From Candidatus Collierbacteria bacterium GW2011_GWB2_45_17 (GTDB lineage Bacteria > Patescibacteriota > Microgenomatia > UBA1400 > MFAQ01): a DNA stretch of 64,000 bases. Under the pieces are notes generated by a model. That model was not told the origin of the DNA and ran no database searches. It saw only the letters and a list, made by a program, of their open reading frames with translations. The position numbers were made by a program, and so were the translations under genes. The DNA lies in NCBI GenBank assembly GCA_001001485.1, contig LCKO01000006.1:4350-68349 (forward strand). The letters run 5' to 3'. How positions within the stretch are numbered: the first letter of the stretch is position 1; each line of letters starts with the position of its first letter. This document shows, one piece after another, positions 47,881 to 56,161 of this stretch.

Positions 47881-48525
47881 ATGAAGATTGATATTTTGAC
47901 TATATTCCCAGAAATGTTTGAGGGAGTGTTTAAAACCTCGATTATCGGCCGGGCGACAGGGACGAGGGTGGTGGACATCAAGGTTCACAATCTGCGCGAC
48001 TGGAGTGATGATAATTATAAGAGTGTGGACGATCGGCCTTTTGGGGGGGGCGCGGGCATGGTGATGAGAGTGGATGTGGTGGAGAGAGCAATTAAAGAAC
48101 TCAAGAACTCAAGAACTCAAGAACTCAAGACTAGGGTGATATTGATGGATACGAAGGGGAAAATGTACGACCAAAAAGTAGCCGAGAAGCTGAAACTCGA
48201 AGAACGCCTAATTTTGATTGCGCCCCATTTTGAAGGTATCGACCATCGGGTACATGAACACTTGGCGGATGAGGTTTATAGCATCGGGCCTTACGTCCTG
48301 AGTGGTGGAGAGCTACCGGTGATGGTGGTGGTGGACAGTCTTTGCCGCTTGTTGCCCGGGGTGCTGGGGAACTCCGAGTCGCTTAAAGAAGAGTCTTACA
48401 GTGAGGAAATGGAGATAGAGTACCCGCAATACACCAGACCGGCGGAGTACAAGGGTTGGAAGGTGCCGGAGGTACTTCTCTCGGGTGATCACAAAAAAAT
48501 TGAGGCGTGGAGGAAGAAGCGGTAA
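47881..48525 (+). CDS. trmD: tRNA (guanine37-N1)-methyltransferase
   Basis: 'MKIDILTIFPEMFEG…SIGPYVLSGGELPVMVVVDSLCRLLPGVLGN' matches TrmD. An in-frame (AAGAACTC)x4 insertion encodes 'KELKNSRTQELKT' at 48095-48131. Confidence 0.85.
   Translation: MKIDILTIFPEMFEGVFKTSIIGRATGTRVVDIKVHNLRDWSDDNYKSVDDRPFGGGAGMVMRVDVVERAIKELKNSRTQELKTRVILMDTKGKMYDQKVAEKLKLEERLILIAPHFEGIDHRVHEHLADEVYSIGPYVLSGGELPVMVVVDSLCRLLPGVLGNSESLKEESYSEEMEIEYPQYTRPAEYKGWKVPEVLLSGDHKKIEAWRKKR
48095..48131. repeat. module B tandem octamer repeat inside trmD
   Basis: 'aagaactcaagaactcaagaactcaagaactcaagac'. Confidence 0.85.
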
Positions 48526-48534
48526 ATTTATATA

Positions 48535-48581
48535 GATTGCCACGTCGGATTACCTCCTCGCAATGACGAATGGTGGGAGGG
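48535..48581. repeat. module A repeat copy (intergenic)
   Basis: 'agattgccacgtcggattacctcctcgcaatgacgaatggtgggagg'. Shares the 5' flank 'aatttatatagattgc' with the copy at 10925. Confidence 0.8.
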
Positions 48582-48590
48582 AAAATAGAT

Positions 48591-48611
48591 TACAGATGTC
48601 AGATGTCAGTG
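48591..48611. repeat. module C repeat 'agattacagatgtcagatgtcag'
   Basis: The same 20-mer (1 mismatch) occurs at 17573-17596 inside a GT-C CDS. Confidence 0.7.
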
Positions 48612-48886
48612 TAATGTAAAGGTTTAGATTTTTTCTGGGCGAGTTCTCGAGCTTCCTCGGCTGTCGTGGCAAGACCGTTTCTTAAATATTTCATTGCTTT
48701 TAGATATTGATCAGGATCCGGAAGTATTTCAGCCAGATCTCCAGCAATTTCTAAATACTCAGCAGTCTGCAACTGCTGAATTCTTTTGAATTCATTGCCT
48801 TTTCTCTCTGCATCAGAACTGTCATTTCTTTCTTCATTCAAACGGTTGACCTCTTTGTCTCTTAGATATTTCACAAGTGGTTCCAT
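48599..48886 (-). CDS. hypothetical protein
   Basis: 95 aa ORF, charged/helical. No recognisable family. Confidence 0.35.
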   Translation of the reverse strand: MEPLVKYLRDKEVNRLNEERNDSSDAERKGNEFKRIQQLQTAEYLEIAGDLAEILPDPDQYLKAMKYLRNGLATTAEEARELAQKKSKPLHYTDI

Positions 48887-48894
48887 ACGAAGGA

Positions 48895-49665
48895 TTATAA
48901 CTTAGGGATTCCGAAGGGGATGAGATAAATGATAGTATCGGATGAAGGAATTGTCACCAAGTCTTTTATTTTTAATTCGTCAAACGAACTGATGACTACC
49001 ATTCCCAATCTAAGGCTTTCAGCTTGAAGATAGAGACTTTGAGCCACATGACCGGCTTCGAGATAGACTTCTTTGTCGTGGCCGATGCCACCATAAGCTT
49101 CGGCCATCTTACCCATATTGCCGGTGATTACCAGGACCGCCGGAGCTTTTTTGAAAGAACTTTCGTTTAGAGCCTCGTAAAGAGCCTGTTGGAGCTCAAC
49201 TGATTGGATGGGTTTTAGCTGATGAACCGGAGTTCTGTCTCCCGGAAGATATTGGTACTCACCAGCCTCTAAACCGGTAACTTTGGAAGCTACCAGAAAA
49301 ATCGATAGAGGGTAGGTTGACTTGGCTGAAGGAGCCGTCCGGCCTCCCCAGTCTACAGTGACCCCTTGCGCGGACCAGAGCATCTGAGAGACTTGTTTGA
49401 GAGAAAGTTCTTTATCCTGGAAGTCTCTCCTGGTGCGGCGATTCTTTAAAGTCGCCTCGACAGAGTTACTGCTCCTAAATTCTGGGCTGGGTAGAGAAAT
49501 ATTTTCGGCCGGAAGAATGGTGGCAGAAGCGGTTGATTCCGGACTGCCGGTGGTAGGAGAAGTTTTTTTAATAACTATCGTACCCAGAAGGATAAAAAAT
49601 ACAACTAAAGCAGTCAGCGCCGGTGTTAGCCAGTGTTTGAGAGGTGAAGGCGCTGTCTTTTTCAC
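48895..49665 (-). CDS. nitroreductase-family protein (SagB-type dehydrogenase-like) with N-terminal signal/TM
   Basis: 'RRTRRDFQDKELSLKQVSQMLWSAQG' nitroreductase-fold N-terminal motif. 256 aa. Confidence 0.55.
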   Translation of the reverse strand: MKKTAPSPLKHWLTPALTALVVFFILLGTIVIKKTSPTTGSPESTASATILPAENISLPSPEFRSSNSVEATLKNRRTRRDFQDKELSLKQVSQMLWSAQGVTVDWGGRTAPSAKSTYPLSIFLVASKVTGLEAGEYQYLPGDRTPVHQLKPIQSVELQQALYEALNESSFKKAPAVLVITGNMGKMAEAYGGIGHDKEVYLEAGHVAQSLYLQAESLRLGMVVISSFDELKIKDLVTIPSSDTIIYLIPFGIPKL

Positions 49666-49668
49666 AGT

Positions 49669-50322
49669 TTAGATAAAACTGACCACCTTAGCCGTCTTCC
49701 TGATACCGGTAAACCATTCTTGGGTTTTGGCGTAGACTTCCTGCTGATAAAGGGTGTCTTTGATATTGGAGGCCACTTCTTCCAGTTTCTTACCCGTAAA
49801 AAGGGTGCCGTTGTCGGTAAAATACTTTTTAACTGCCTCGTCGGAAACTTGGATCTGGTAAGTTTTTTCGATCATCTTTTTTAAACTCAAACTCTGTTTG
49901 ATGGACTCTTTGGCCTTGGCTTCAGTTAAGCCGTACTGGGTCAGAGCGGCCTTGAAAGCGTCTTCACTGCCGTAGTCTTTGACTATTTTGGCCATCTCAT
50001 CGGCAACCTCATTCTCCGTAACAGTGATGTTGTTTTTCTTTACCTCCTGGAGAAGAAGTCTTTCCGAAACAATTTCATCAAAGGCTTGCTTGCCATACTT
50101 CTCAGACATCCTTTTATTTAGTTCGTAACGAGTGACCGGAACCGAGTTGACCGTGCCGGCGAGAAATAGTCCGCGATACTTTTGAGCCAGCAAGAAAAGG
50201 AGCGAGCCGAGGGCGATGATTAAGATTAACTTGCCGTAAAATCCAAACGGTGAATGTTTCACTTCGCGTAGCTCTTTAATCATTTTAATAGATTTGACGG
50301 TTTTGACGGTTGGTTTTTTCAT
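49669..50322 (-). CDS. SurA N-terminal-domain/PpiD-like periplasmic chaperone, membrane anchored
   Basis: The likely start is the Met of 'MKKPTVKTVKS…' (the six-frame ORF extends to 50556). The TM anchor is followed by 'VTRYELNKRMSEKYGKQAFDEIVSERLLLQEVKK'. Confidence 0.5.
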   Translation of the reverse strand: MKKPTVKTVKSIKMIKELREVKHSPFGFYGKLILIIALGSLLFLLAQKYRGLFLAGTVNSVPVTRYELNKRMSEKYGKQAFDEIVSERLLLQEVKKNNITVTENEVADEMAKIVKDYGSEDAFKAALTQYGLTEAKAKESIKQSLSLKKMIEKTYQIQVSDEAVKKYFTDNGTLFTGKKLEEVASNIKDTLYQQEVYAKTQEWFTGIRKTAKVVSFI

Positions 50323-50338
50323 GGATAAATTTTTATTA

Positions 50339-50725
50339 TTAATATATATTATCACTTTCCAGGTCGATAATATTATCGAAGAAAGGAATGACCGGATCAG
50401 GCAGTTCGGTGCCAAAATTAATGATGTTCTGGCGGATCCATTCGTAGTCGGAGACAGAAGTTTTTTCGAATGTCGGCTGAAGAACTCCGATGTCCGGAGG
50501 AAGAAAAACAGGTTTGTCTGAGCCACGGAAGATGGTTTTACCGATAGATAGAGCAATTAAAAGAACAGTGATAATTCCACCACTGATAATAAACCACTTA
50601 TACCGAATGGCTTTGGCTTTCAGTGGCACGAAAAAGGCACCACTTTTAAGATCGTTTATCAATTTTATCGCTTCCGGATTGGTTATCTTATCGGTTAGGT
50701 TGAGCATAGTTTTTTTCCAGATCAA
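50339..50725 (-). CDS. hypothetical membrane-anchored protein
   Basis: 128 aa with one TM helix. Confidence 0.35.
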   Translation of the reverse strand: MIWKKTMLNLTDKITNPEAIKLINDLKSGAFFVPLKAKAIRYKWFIISGGIITVLLIALSIGKTIFRGSDKPVFLPPDIGVLQPTFEKTSVSDYEWIRQNIINFGTELPDPVIPFFDNIIDLESDNIY

Positions 50726-51296
50726 TGAGACGATCTATCCAGTCCCGTTGAAGAGTTTGGATCTCGGCCATTTTTTCGACTCTCGAGGAAAAAAAGATTT
50801 CAGCATCGGCTGATTCTTCGGCCTCAAGAAACTCCAAGTTCTTGGCCAGTAGATCAATTTTTACATCAACCACCTTGGCACTTTCGCGCAGTTCCCGAAT
50901 CCTGGCCGTAACGGTAGCGGGAAGAGAGCCGGGTAGCTTGGAGACCAAATTCTCTAAAGCAATGTTGGAGTCCAATTGAGTCCTCACTAAAGTGGCAAGT
51001 TTGTTGGCGATGATACCGAACTTAATCATCCGATCGTGATGGGCCACGGACTTGGTATATGTTAGAGTAAACTTTTTTAAATCCTCCTGAGTAATGACAG
51101 TCTGGGACTTTTCAGCCTCGGCCAGATAAAACTGTCTGGAAGCGGCAAGAGAAGAAATAATGGGTTGAATTGGCGAATAGTCGGTTTTGGTATTGCCGAT
51201 GAGATCCAAAATGTACCAGCTGAATGAAGCCTTGGCCAAGTCTCGAGAGAGAATCGTTTGTTTGGCTGATAAAATAACTTTTTGCTGATTATCCAA
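50688..51296 (-). CDS. hypothetical protein
   Basis: 202 aa, helical. No recognisable family. Confidence 0.35.
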   Translation of the reverse strand: MDNQQKVILSAKQTILSRDLAKASFSWYILDLIGNTKTDYSPIQPIISSLAASRQFYLAEAEKSQTVITQEDLKKFTLTYTKSVAHHDRMIKFGIIANKLATLVRTQLDSNIALENLVSKLPGSLPATVTARIRELRESAKVVDVKIDLLAKNLEFLEAEESADAEIFFSSRVEKMAEIQTLQRDWIDRLIDLEKNYAQPNR

Positions 51297-51412
51297 ACTA
51301 GAAGTGTTTAAGTAGTCGGCTTTAAGGAGTCGGTACTCTGGATAATATTGACGGTATTGACCGTATTGAAAGTCGTAATCTGACTTGGCGGAGGCACTAC
51401 TAGTATAACTGA

Positions 51413-52315
51413 TTATATTTTAGGCAGGCTCAGACCTTGCCCCAAAAGAAGTTCGACTACAGTCTGCCAGGAGGAAAAATGAAGATCGAGAGTTTCTTCG
51501 GTGATTTTAGTTTTTAGACCACCCCAAACTGGATAGCGATTTGGATTGGTTTGGGTTTTTAAGAATTCGTGAACAGAGATAGATTTAATGACAGAAGAGT
51601 CAGCACTGAGATGATCAATGACGAAGGTAATAAGTTCATAGGGAGTGGTGGTGTCGGAAGAACAGTGGAAAACCCCGTGAGAGCCGGTCTCGATAATTCT
51701 ATCGAGAGCTTCGGCAATTTCGTCGATAAAGGCAATGCAGATTTGCTGATCCCTGAACAGGGGGTACATTTTGCCATCGGCGTATTTTTTGAGAGCTCCT
51801 CTAATGTAGTCAGATTTCGGTTCAAATTTGACACGGACTGGGTAAATAATTCTAAGGATGGTTCCACCATTGTCTCTGACTATTTTTTCGGCTCTATTTT
51901 TGGTCCAACCGTACCAAGTAAGTTTTTCGCTGGAGTCGGGTGGTGTTTCTGGTTCTTCGTATGGACCGGGCTGACTTAAGTCCCCAGGAAAGACCATGTC
52001 GGTAGAAATTTGGATGAAGTTTTTTGATTTGAAAGAATCGGAAAGGTTTTTTGTCCCCTCAACGTTCACCTGCCACGCCGGTCCGGTTTCATCTCCGGAT
52101 TGGGCTTCGGAAGCGTTGACATCGGTAAAAGCGGCGAAGTTGACGATCCAGTCAGGATTTTCTTTTTCCAGTAACTGACTGACTTGTTCTTTATTGGTAA
52201 GGTCAAATTGGGGGTATTCGGGAGTAACAAAGTTAAATTTATCGGAGTATTTTTCGATGAAGCGGGAACCGACTAAACCACTGGCGCCGGTGACAAGGAT
52301 TTTGAGTTTGGACAT
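51413..52315 (-). CDS. rmlD: dTDP-4-dehydrorhamnose reductase
   Basis: 'KILVTGASGLVGSRF' Rossmann N-terminus and the RmlD-like substrate-binding region. Confidence 0.7.
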   Translation of the reverse strand: MSKLKILVTGASGLVGSRFIEKYSDKFNFVTPEYPQFDLTNKEQVSQLLEKENPDWIVNFAAFTDVNASEAQSGDETGPAWQVNVEGTKNLSDSFKSKNFIQISTDMVFPGDLSQPGPYEEPETPPDSSEKLTWYGWTKNRAEKIVRDNGGTILRIIYPVRVKFEPKSDYIRGALKKYADGKMYPLFRDQQICIAFIDEIAEALDRIIETGSHGVFHCSSDTTTPYELITFVIDHLSADSSVIKSISVHEFLKTQTNPNRYPVWGGLKTKITEETLDLHFSSWQTVVELLLGQGLSLPKI

Positions 52316-52318
52316 AAC

Positions 52319-52882
52319 TTACATTATCTCAGGTTTGACGAAATCAAAAGAAACAACCTTTGGATCGATACGACATTCCTGGGTATTTTCGTTGGCGACG
52401 AAGAATTGATCGGTGAAGTAATTGAGTGTGACTGAATCATTATTGGGATTGATGAAGCCATGAGCCACGCCGGCCGGGATATAAACAAATTTATCGGCCG
52501 AGAGAATAATCTTCATCTTCGTCAGATAAGAAGATGATTCAGGACGATAATCGATCAGACCCAGAATGATGGTGCCATTGGTAGTCCAGATTTCATTTTG
52601 ACTCGGATGAATGTGCCAAAAACGTTTGGTTTTGGGAGCCAAAAATGAGGTATTGGCTTGAACGGGGCGGAATTTGATGCCCAAGTCTTTAAGAGTCACG
52701 GTATACCCTTGGGGATCAAGACGGATGGTCTCTTTGAACCAGCCACCGTAGTCATCGGCGAAGGTGCTGACCTTAACGACGTGGACATCTTGGATACCTT
52801 CAGCCTTCTCGTACGTTTGACGGTAGAGTTTAATCTTTTTGGGTAGGGCAATGGATCTATTTTTAATTCGTTTAAGTCCCAT
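52319..52882 (-). CDS. rmlC: dTDP-4-dehydrorhamnose 3,5-epimerase
   Basis: Cupin fold. 'FWHIHPSQNEIWT…YIPAGVAHGFINPNND' RmlC motifs. Confidence 0.8.
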   Translation of the reverse strand: MGLKRIKNRSIALPKKIKLYRQTYEKAEGIQDVHVVKVSTFADDYGGWFKETIRLDPQGYTVTLKDLGIKFRPVQANTSFLAPKTKRFWHIHPSQNEIWTTNGTIILGLIDYRPESSSYLTKMKIILSADKFVYIPAGVAHGFINPNNDSVTLNYFTDQFFVANENTQECRIDPKVVSFDFVKPEIM

Positions 52883-54622
52883 TTATGGTTGATGATTGTA
52901 AAAGTTTTCTGAGGTAATTTTCATATCTTGCCACCACCATTTGTTTGCTCGGTACCAAGCGACGGTTTCTTTTAAGCGTTTGTAAAAGGGTTCTTTTGGC
53001 TCCCAACCAAGCTCTTTATTGATTTTTTTCCAACTGACGGCGTAACGACGATCGTGTCCCGGTCTATCCGTGATGTATTCAATTCGGTTAGGGGGGAGTT
53101 TCATGATCTTGAGAATCTTTTTGGCCACTTGAAGATTGCTGACGTCTTTTTTCATGCCACCGACGGTGTAGCTACCGCCGATCTTGCCTTTGAGTAGAAC
53201 CATTTCGATGGCCCGACAGTGATCTTCCACATACATCCAGTCGCGGATGTACCGTCCGTCACCGTAGATTAAAATATTTTTTCCGTCTAAAAGATTGGTG
53301 ATAGCTCGGGGAATAAATTTTTCGGTATCCTGGAAAGGGCCGAAGTTGTTACTGCAGTTGGTTATGGTCACCGGCAAACCAAAGGTGGTATGGTAAGACA
53401 TAACCAAGTGATCGGAGCTGGCTTTGGAGGCTGAGTAAGGCGAGTTTGGATTGTATTTAGTTTTGCCGTTAAATTTATTTTTTGAGTTTAGTTTCAAAGC
53501 TCCGAAGACTTCATCGGTTGAGATATGGTGGAATCTGGAGCCATACTTTTTGGCGGCTTCCAAGAGAGTCTGGGTTCCCAACACATTGGTTCTGGTAAAA
53601 ATCATGGGGTCTTCGATGGAGCGATCGACATGGGTTTCAGCCGCAAAATGAACAACCATATCCACCTGAGAGACTAGGCTGTCGACGATTTTTGGATCGG
53701 TGATATCCCCTTTGACGAAAGTGTAATTTTGATTATTTTCAATATCTTTCAGCGATTCTTGATGTCCGGCATAAGTAAGACTATCTAGATTGATGATTTG
53801 ATCGGCGGGGTGTTTCTTTAGCCAGTAGTGAATAAAGTTTGAGCCGATAAAGCCGGCACCGCCGGTGACCAAAAGTCTCCTGCCAGACTTAACTTTTTTG
53901 GCTTTTTCGGCCATGTGCTGGCCGGCATGCAAGAGGCTATCAAAAGTACCGGCATCCTGCCAGTAACTATCAAAGACATAAGCCTTTAACTCTCCCCTCT
54001 CTAAGTAGGTATTGTTGATACTGTCCTGACCATTAATTTCCAGTTCTCCCCGCGGTGATGGCTTGAGATTCTTGGCCATGTCGACCACCCGATGATCGTA
54101 AGTGTATAAACCGACAGAAACATACATAGACTTGGGTTGGCTGGGTTTTTCTTCGATAGACAAAACCTGGTTATCTTTGTCTAGTTCGACGACACCAAAT
54201 CTTTTGACTTCTTCAAGATTGTCTAGCTTCTTGACGTAGATTTGTCCACCGGACTTGAAGGACTTGATTTGTTCGGAAAAATCTTCATCAATAATGTTAT
54301 CTCCGAGAATCATGGTGACGTCATCGTTATCAAGAAAATCTTCTCCAATAATAAATGCCTCAGCCAAGCCGCGTGGTTCTTTTTGAATGGCGTAACTAAA
54401 ATGGACGCCAAATTCCTCACCGGTTCCGAGTAAGTTTAAAAATAGGCCTGAGTTTTCCGGAGCCAAGACAATAAGAATGTCCTTTATCCCCGCTCTGACC
54501 AGAGTTTCAATAGAATAGTAGATCATGGGTTTGTTGTAAACAGGCAAGAGCTGTTTACTGATAACCCACGTCAAAGGCCGCAGTCTGGTCGCACGTCCAC
54601 CGGCTAGGATAATTCCTTTCAT
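52883..54622 (-). CDS. rmlAB: fusion protein: glucose-1-phosphate thymidylyltransferase (RmlA, N-terminal) + dTDP-glucose 4,6-dehydratase (RmlB, C-terminal)
   Basis: N-terminus 'MKGIILAGGRATRLRPLTWVISKQLLPVYNKPMIYY' matches RmlA. From about residue 240, 'LLVTGGAGFIGSNFIHYWL…YSASKASSDHLVMSY' matches RmlB. Confidence 0.8.
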   Translation of the reverse strand: MKGIILAGGRATRLRPLTWVISKQLLPVYNKPMIYYSIETLVRAGIKDILIVLAPENSGLFLNLLGTGEEFGVHFSYAIQKEPRGLAEAFIIGEDFLDNDDVTMILGDNIIDEDFSEQIKSFKSGGQIYVKKLDNLEEVKRFGVVELDKDNQVLSIEEKPSQPKSMYVSVGLYTYDHRVVDMAKNLKPSPRGELEINGQDSINNTYLERGELKAYVFDSYWQDAGTFDSLLHAGQHMAEKAKKVKSGRRLLVTGGAGFIGSNFIHYWLKKHPADQIINLDSLTYAGHQESLKDIENNQNYTFVKGDITDPKIVDSLVSQVDMVVHFAAETHVDRSIEDPMIFTRTNVLGTQTLLEAAKKYGSRFHHISTDEVFGALKLNSKNKFNGKTKYNPNSPYSASKASSDHLVMSYHTTFGLPVTITNCSNNFGPFQDTEKFIPRAITNLLDGKNILIYGDGRYIRDWMYVEDHCRAIEMVLLKGKIGGSYTVGGMKKDVSNLQVAKKILKIMKLPPNRIEYITDRPGHDRRYAVSWKKINKELGWEPKEPFYKRLKETVAWYRANKWWWQDMKITSENFYNHQP

Positions 54623-54658
54623 AGACGACTATTATACCTTATGACACAACTTTAGCCT

Positions 54659-54910
54659 CTAAAAAAGTCCTATAACAATAAAACAACCAAGGAGGGCAAA
54701 AAGGACGTATTCAGTCACGATTTTTGAGTGATATGTATGTTCTTTTAGGTGATGAACTATACCCCATATAATATATAATAGGGATATTCCTAGAACCACA
54801 AAACGTTGAAATATAGGGTTGCCGTTATAAATTAAGATCAGGACAATGCCGGTAGAAACGAGGAGACAGAGGACTAAATAATCGAGAAGATGTCTGAGAG
54901 GTTTTTTCAT
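54659..54910 (-). CDS. small two-TM membrane protein
   Basis: 83 aa, hydrophobic. 4-bp overlap with the upstream gene. Confidence 0.4.
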   Translation of the reverse strand: MKKPLRHLLDYLVLCLLVSTGIVLILIYNGNPIFQRFVVLGISLLYIIWGIVHHLKEHTYHSKIVTEYVLFALLGCFIVIGLF

Positions 54911-55743
54911 AGAATGATTCCTTGGCGGATAATCAGAAGGATAATAGCCATCCCGGCGAAGTAAGTTAGGTGAGCCCAGGTTTTACCGGAAAGTCGAATA
55001 AGATTGTACCTTAAGACAAAGATCCAGTCGAGACTAAGGGCAAACAGAATTAAGATCACAAAGGCGAGTGACCAAGACCGCGAAAGATCTAGAGGGGATA
55101 AACCCGATGAAGGAATGATTTTTTCACTGGCTAAAACCGGCAGGGCATCGACCGTACTGGAAGCGATGCGGGAAACGGAAGTCTGGGGGGTACCAAACAT
55201 TTGAACAACAATGGTGGTCTCGACACCGTTTATGTAGCCATCCATGACGGCAACTCCGATGTCTTGGTAACGGCTATCCAGCAAATTTTTCTTGTGGGTG
55301 GAAGAAGCCATCCAAGCCGAGACGATGTCTTTGGGATTGCTAAAGTCACGAGCCAAGTTTTCACCGGCGTGCTGATATTTGTAACCGGCATTGGAAACGA
55401 AAGTCCAAGGCTCGGTACCCTGGGGCGAAACATGGGCCCAGTAATTATTGGCAAACATGTCGGTGGCCTTGGCGAGGGCGGCTTGAGACAGTTCCGGACT
55501 TGATCTGACGATTTCGAGACCGGCATTAAGCCTTTGATTGTTGGTCAATTCGATCACTTTGGCCACGTCAATTTGAGAAGCATAACCGAGAACTCCCGGA
55601 AGAAGCCCAATGGTGATATCGACGATGGACCGGCCCATGATAAAAAGACCAATGAGAATGACAATTGAACGAGGCCAGAGAAGCCTTGCTTTGTGATTGT
55701 TGTGGGGATGTGGAACAAAAAGAGTGAGGGCAGGGTGCGCCAT
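54907..55743 (-). CDS. CAP (SCP/PR-1-like, YkwD-type) domain protein flanked by TM segments
   Basis: 'NNYWAHVSPQGTEPWTF…GYKYQHAGENLARDFSN…SAWMASSTHKKNLL' CAP motifs. Confidence 0.6.
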   Translation of the reverse strand: MAHPALTLFVPHPHNNHKARLLWPRSIVILIGLFIMGRSIVDITIGLLPGVLGYASQIDVAKVIELTNNQRLNAGLEIVRSSPELSQAALAKATDMFANNYWAHVSPQGTEPWTFVSNAGYKYQHAGENLARDFSNPKDIVSAWMASSTHKKNLLDSRYQDIGVAVMDGYINGVETTIVVQMFGTPQTSVSRIASSTVDALPVLASEKIIPSSGLSPLDLSRSWSLAFVILILFALSLDWIFVLRYNLIRLSGKTWAHLTYFAGMAIILLIIRQGIIL

Positions 55744-55854
55744 AACTTAATCCATTATAAGAGCTTGCTCGTCTTCTTTACAATAACCAAGTTATTGTAA
55801 TATCCAGACTGCGCTTCCTCTTATAATCCCTTGTAACTTCGTTACAATGTTGGA

Positions 55855-56154
55855 TTATGGCACAAAATAAATCGGCTCCACTGGGCTGTTTTGACCATTG
55901 ACCGGAAGGCCGAGGGCAAAACCTAGCGTGTTGGCGATGGCGACCCCGATGCGAGTGCCGGTGAAAGAGCCGGGGCCGAGATTCACCAGGATTTCCGTGA
56001 TATCTTCTTGTTTCAAGCCCTCCTCTGCCAAACAAGATAGAAGAAAGCCAAAAACGTCTTGATTTCTGGGAGAGTCGACTTTGTTCACGAATTCTTTATT
56101 ACCCAGACGGATGATGACTTGAGTGTTGTTGGTGGAGTCGAGATAGAGTTTCAT
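55855..56154 (-). CDS. tsaB: TsaB-like (YeaZ) t6A biosynthesis protein, short N-terminal-domain-only form
   Basis: 'ILVNLGPGSFTGTRIGVAIANTLGFALGLPV' motif. Only 99 aa. Confidence 0.55.
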   Translation of the reverse strand: MKLYLDSTNNTQVIIRLGNKEFVNKVDSPRNQDVFGFLLSCLAEEGLKQEDITEILVNLGPGSFTGTRIGVAIANTLGFALGLPVNGQNSPVEPIYFVP

Positions 56155-56161
56155 ATATGGA

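Noticed and set aside
10937-48581. Possible CRISPR array, given the short conserved repeat with a partial palindrome
   Set aside because: Copies are scattered 3-14 kb apart with no regular repeat-spacer periodicity. Many are inside intact ORFs. No cas genes are present.
55744-55854. Possible tRNA or ncRNA in the 110-bp gap upstream of tsaB
   Set aside because: No cloverleaf-compatible acceptor or T-arm pairing could be drawn by eye. A-rich, promoter-like sequence is more likely.
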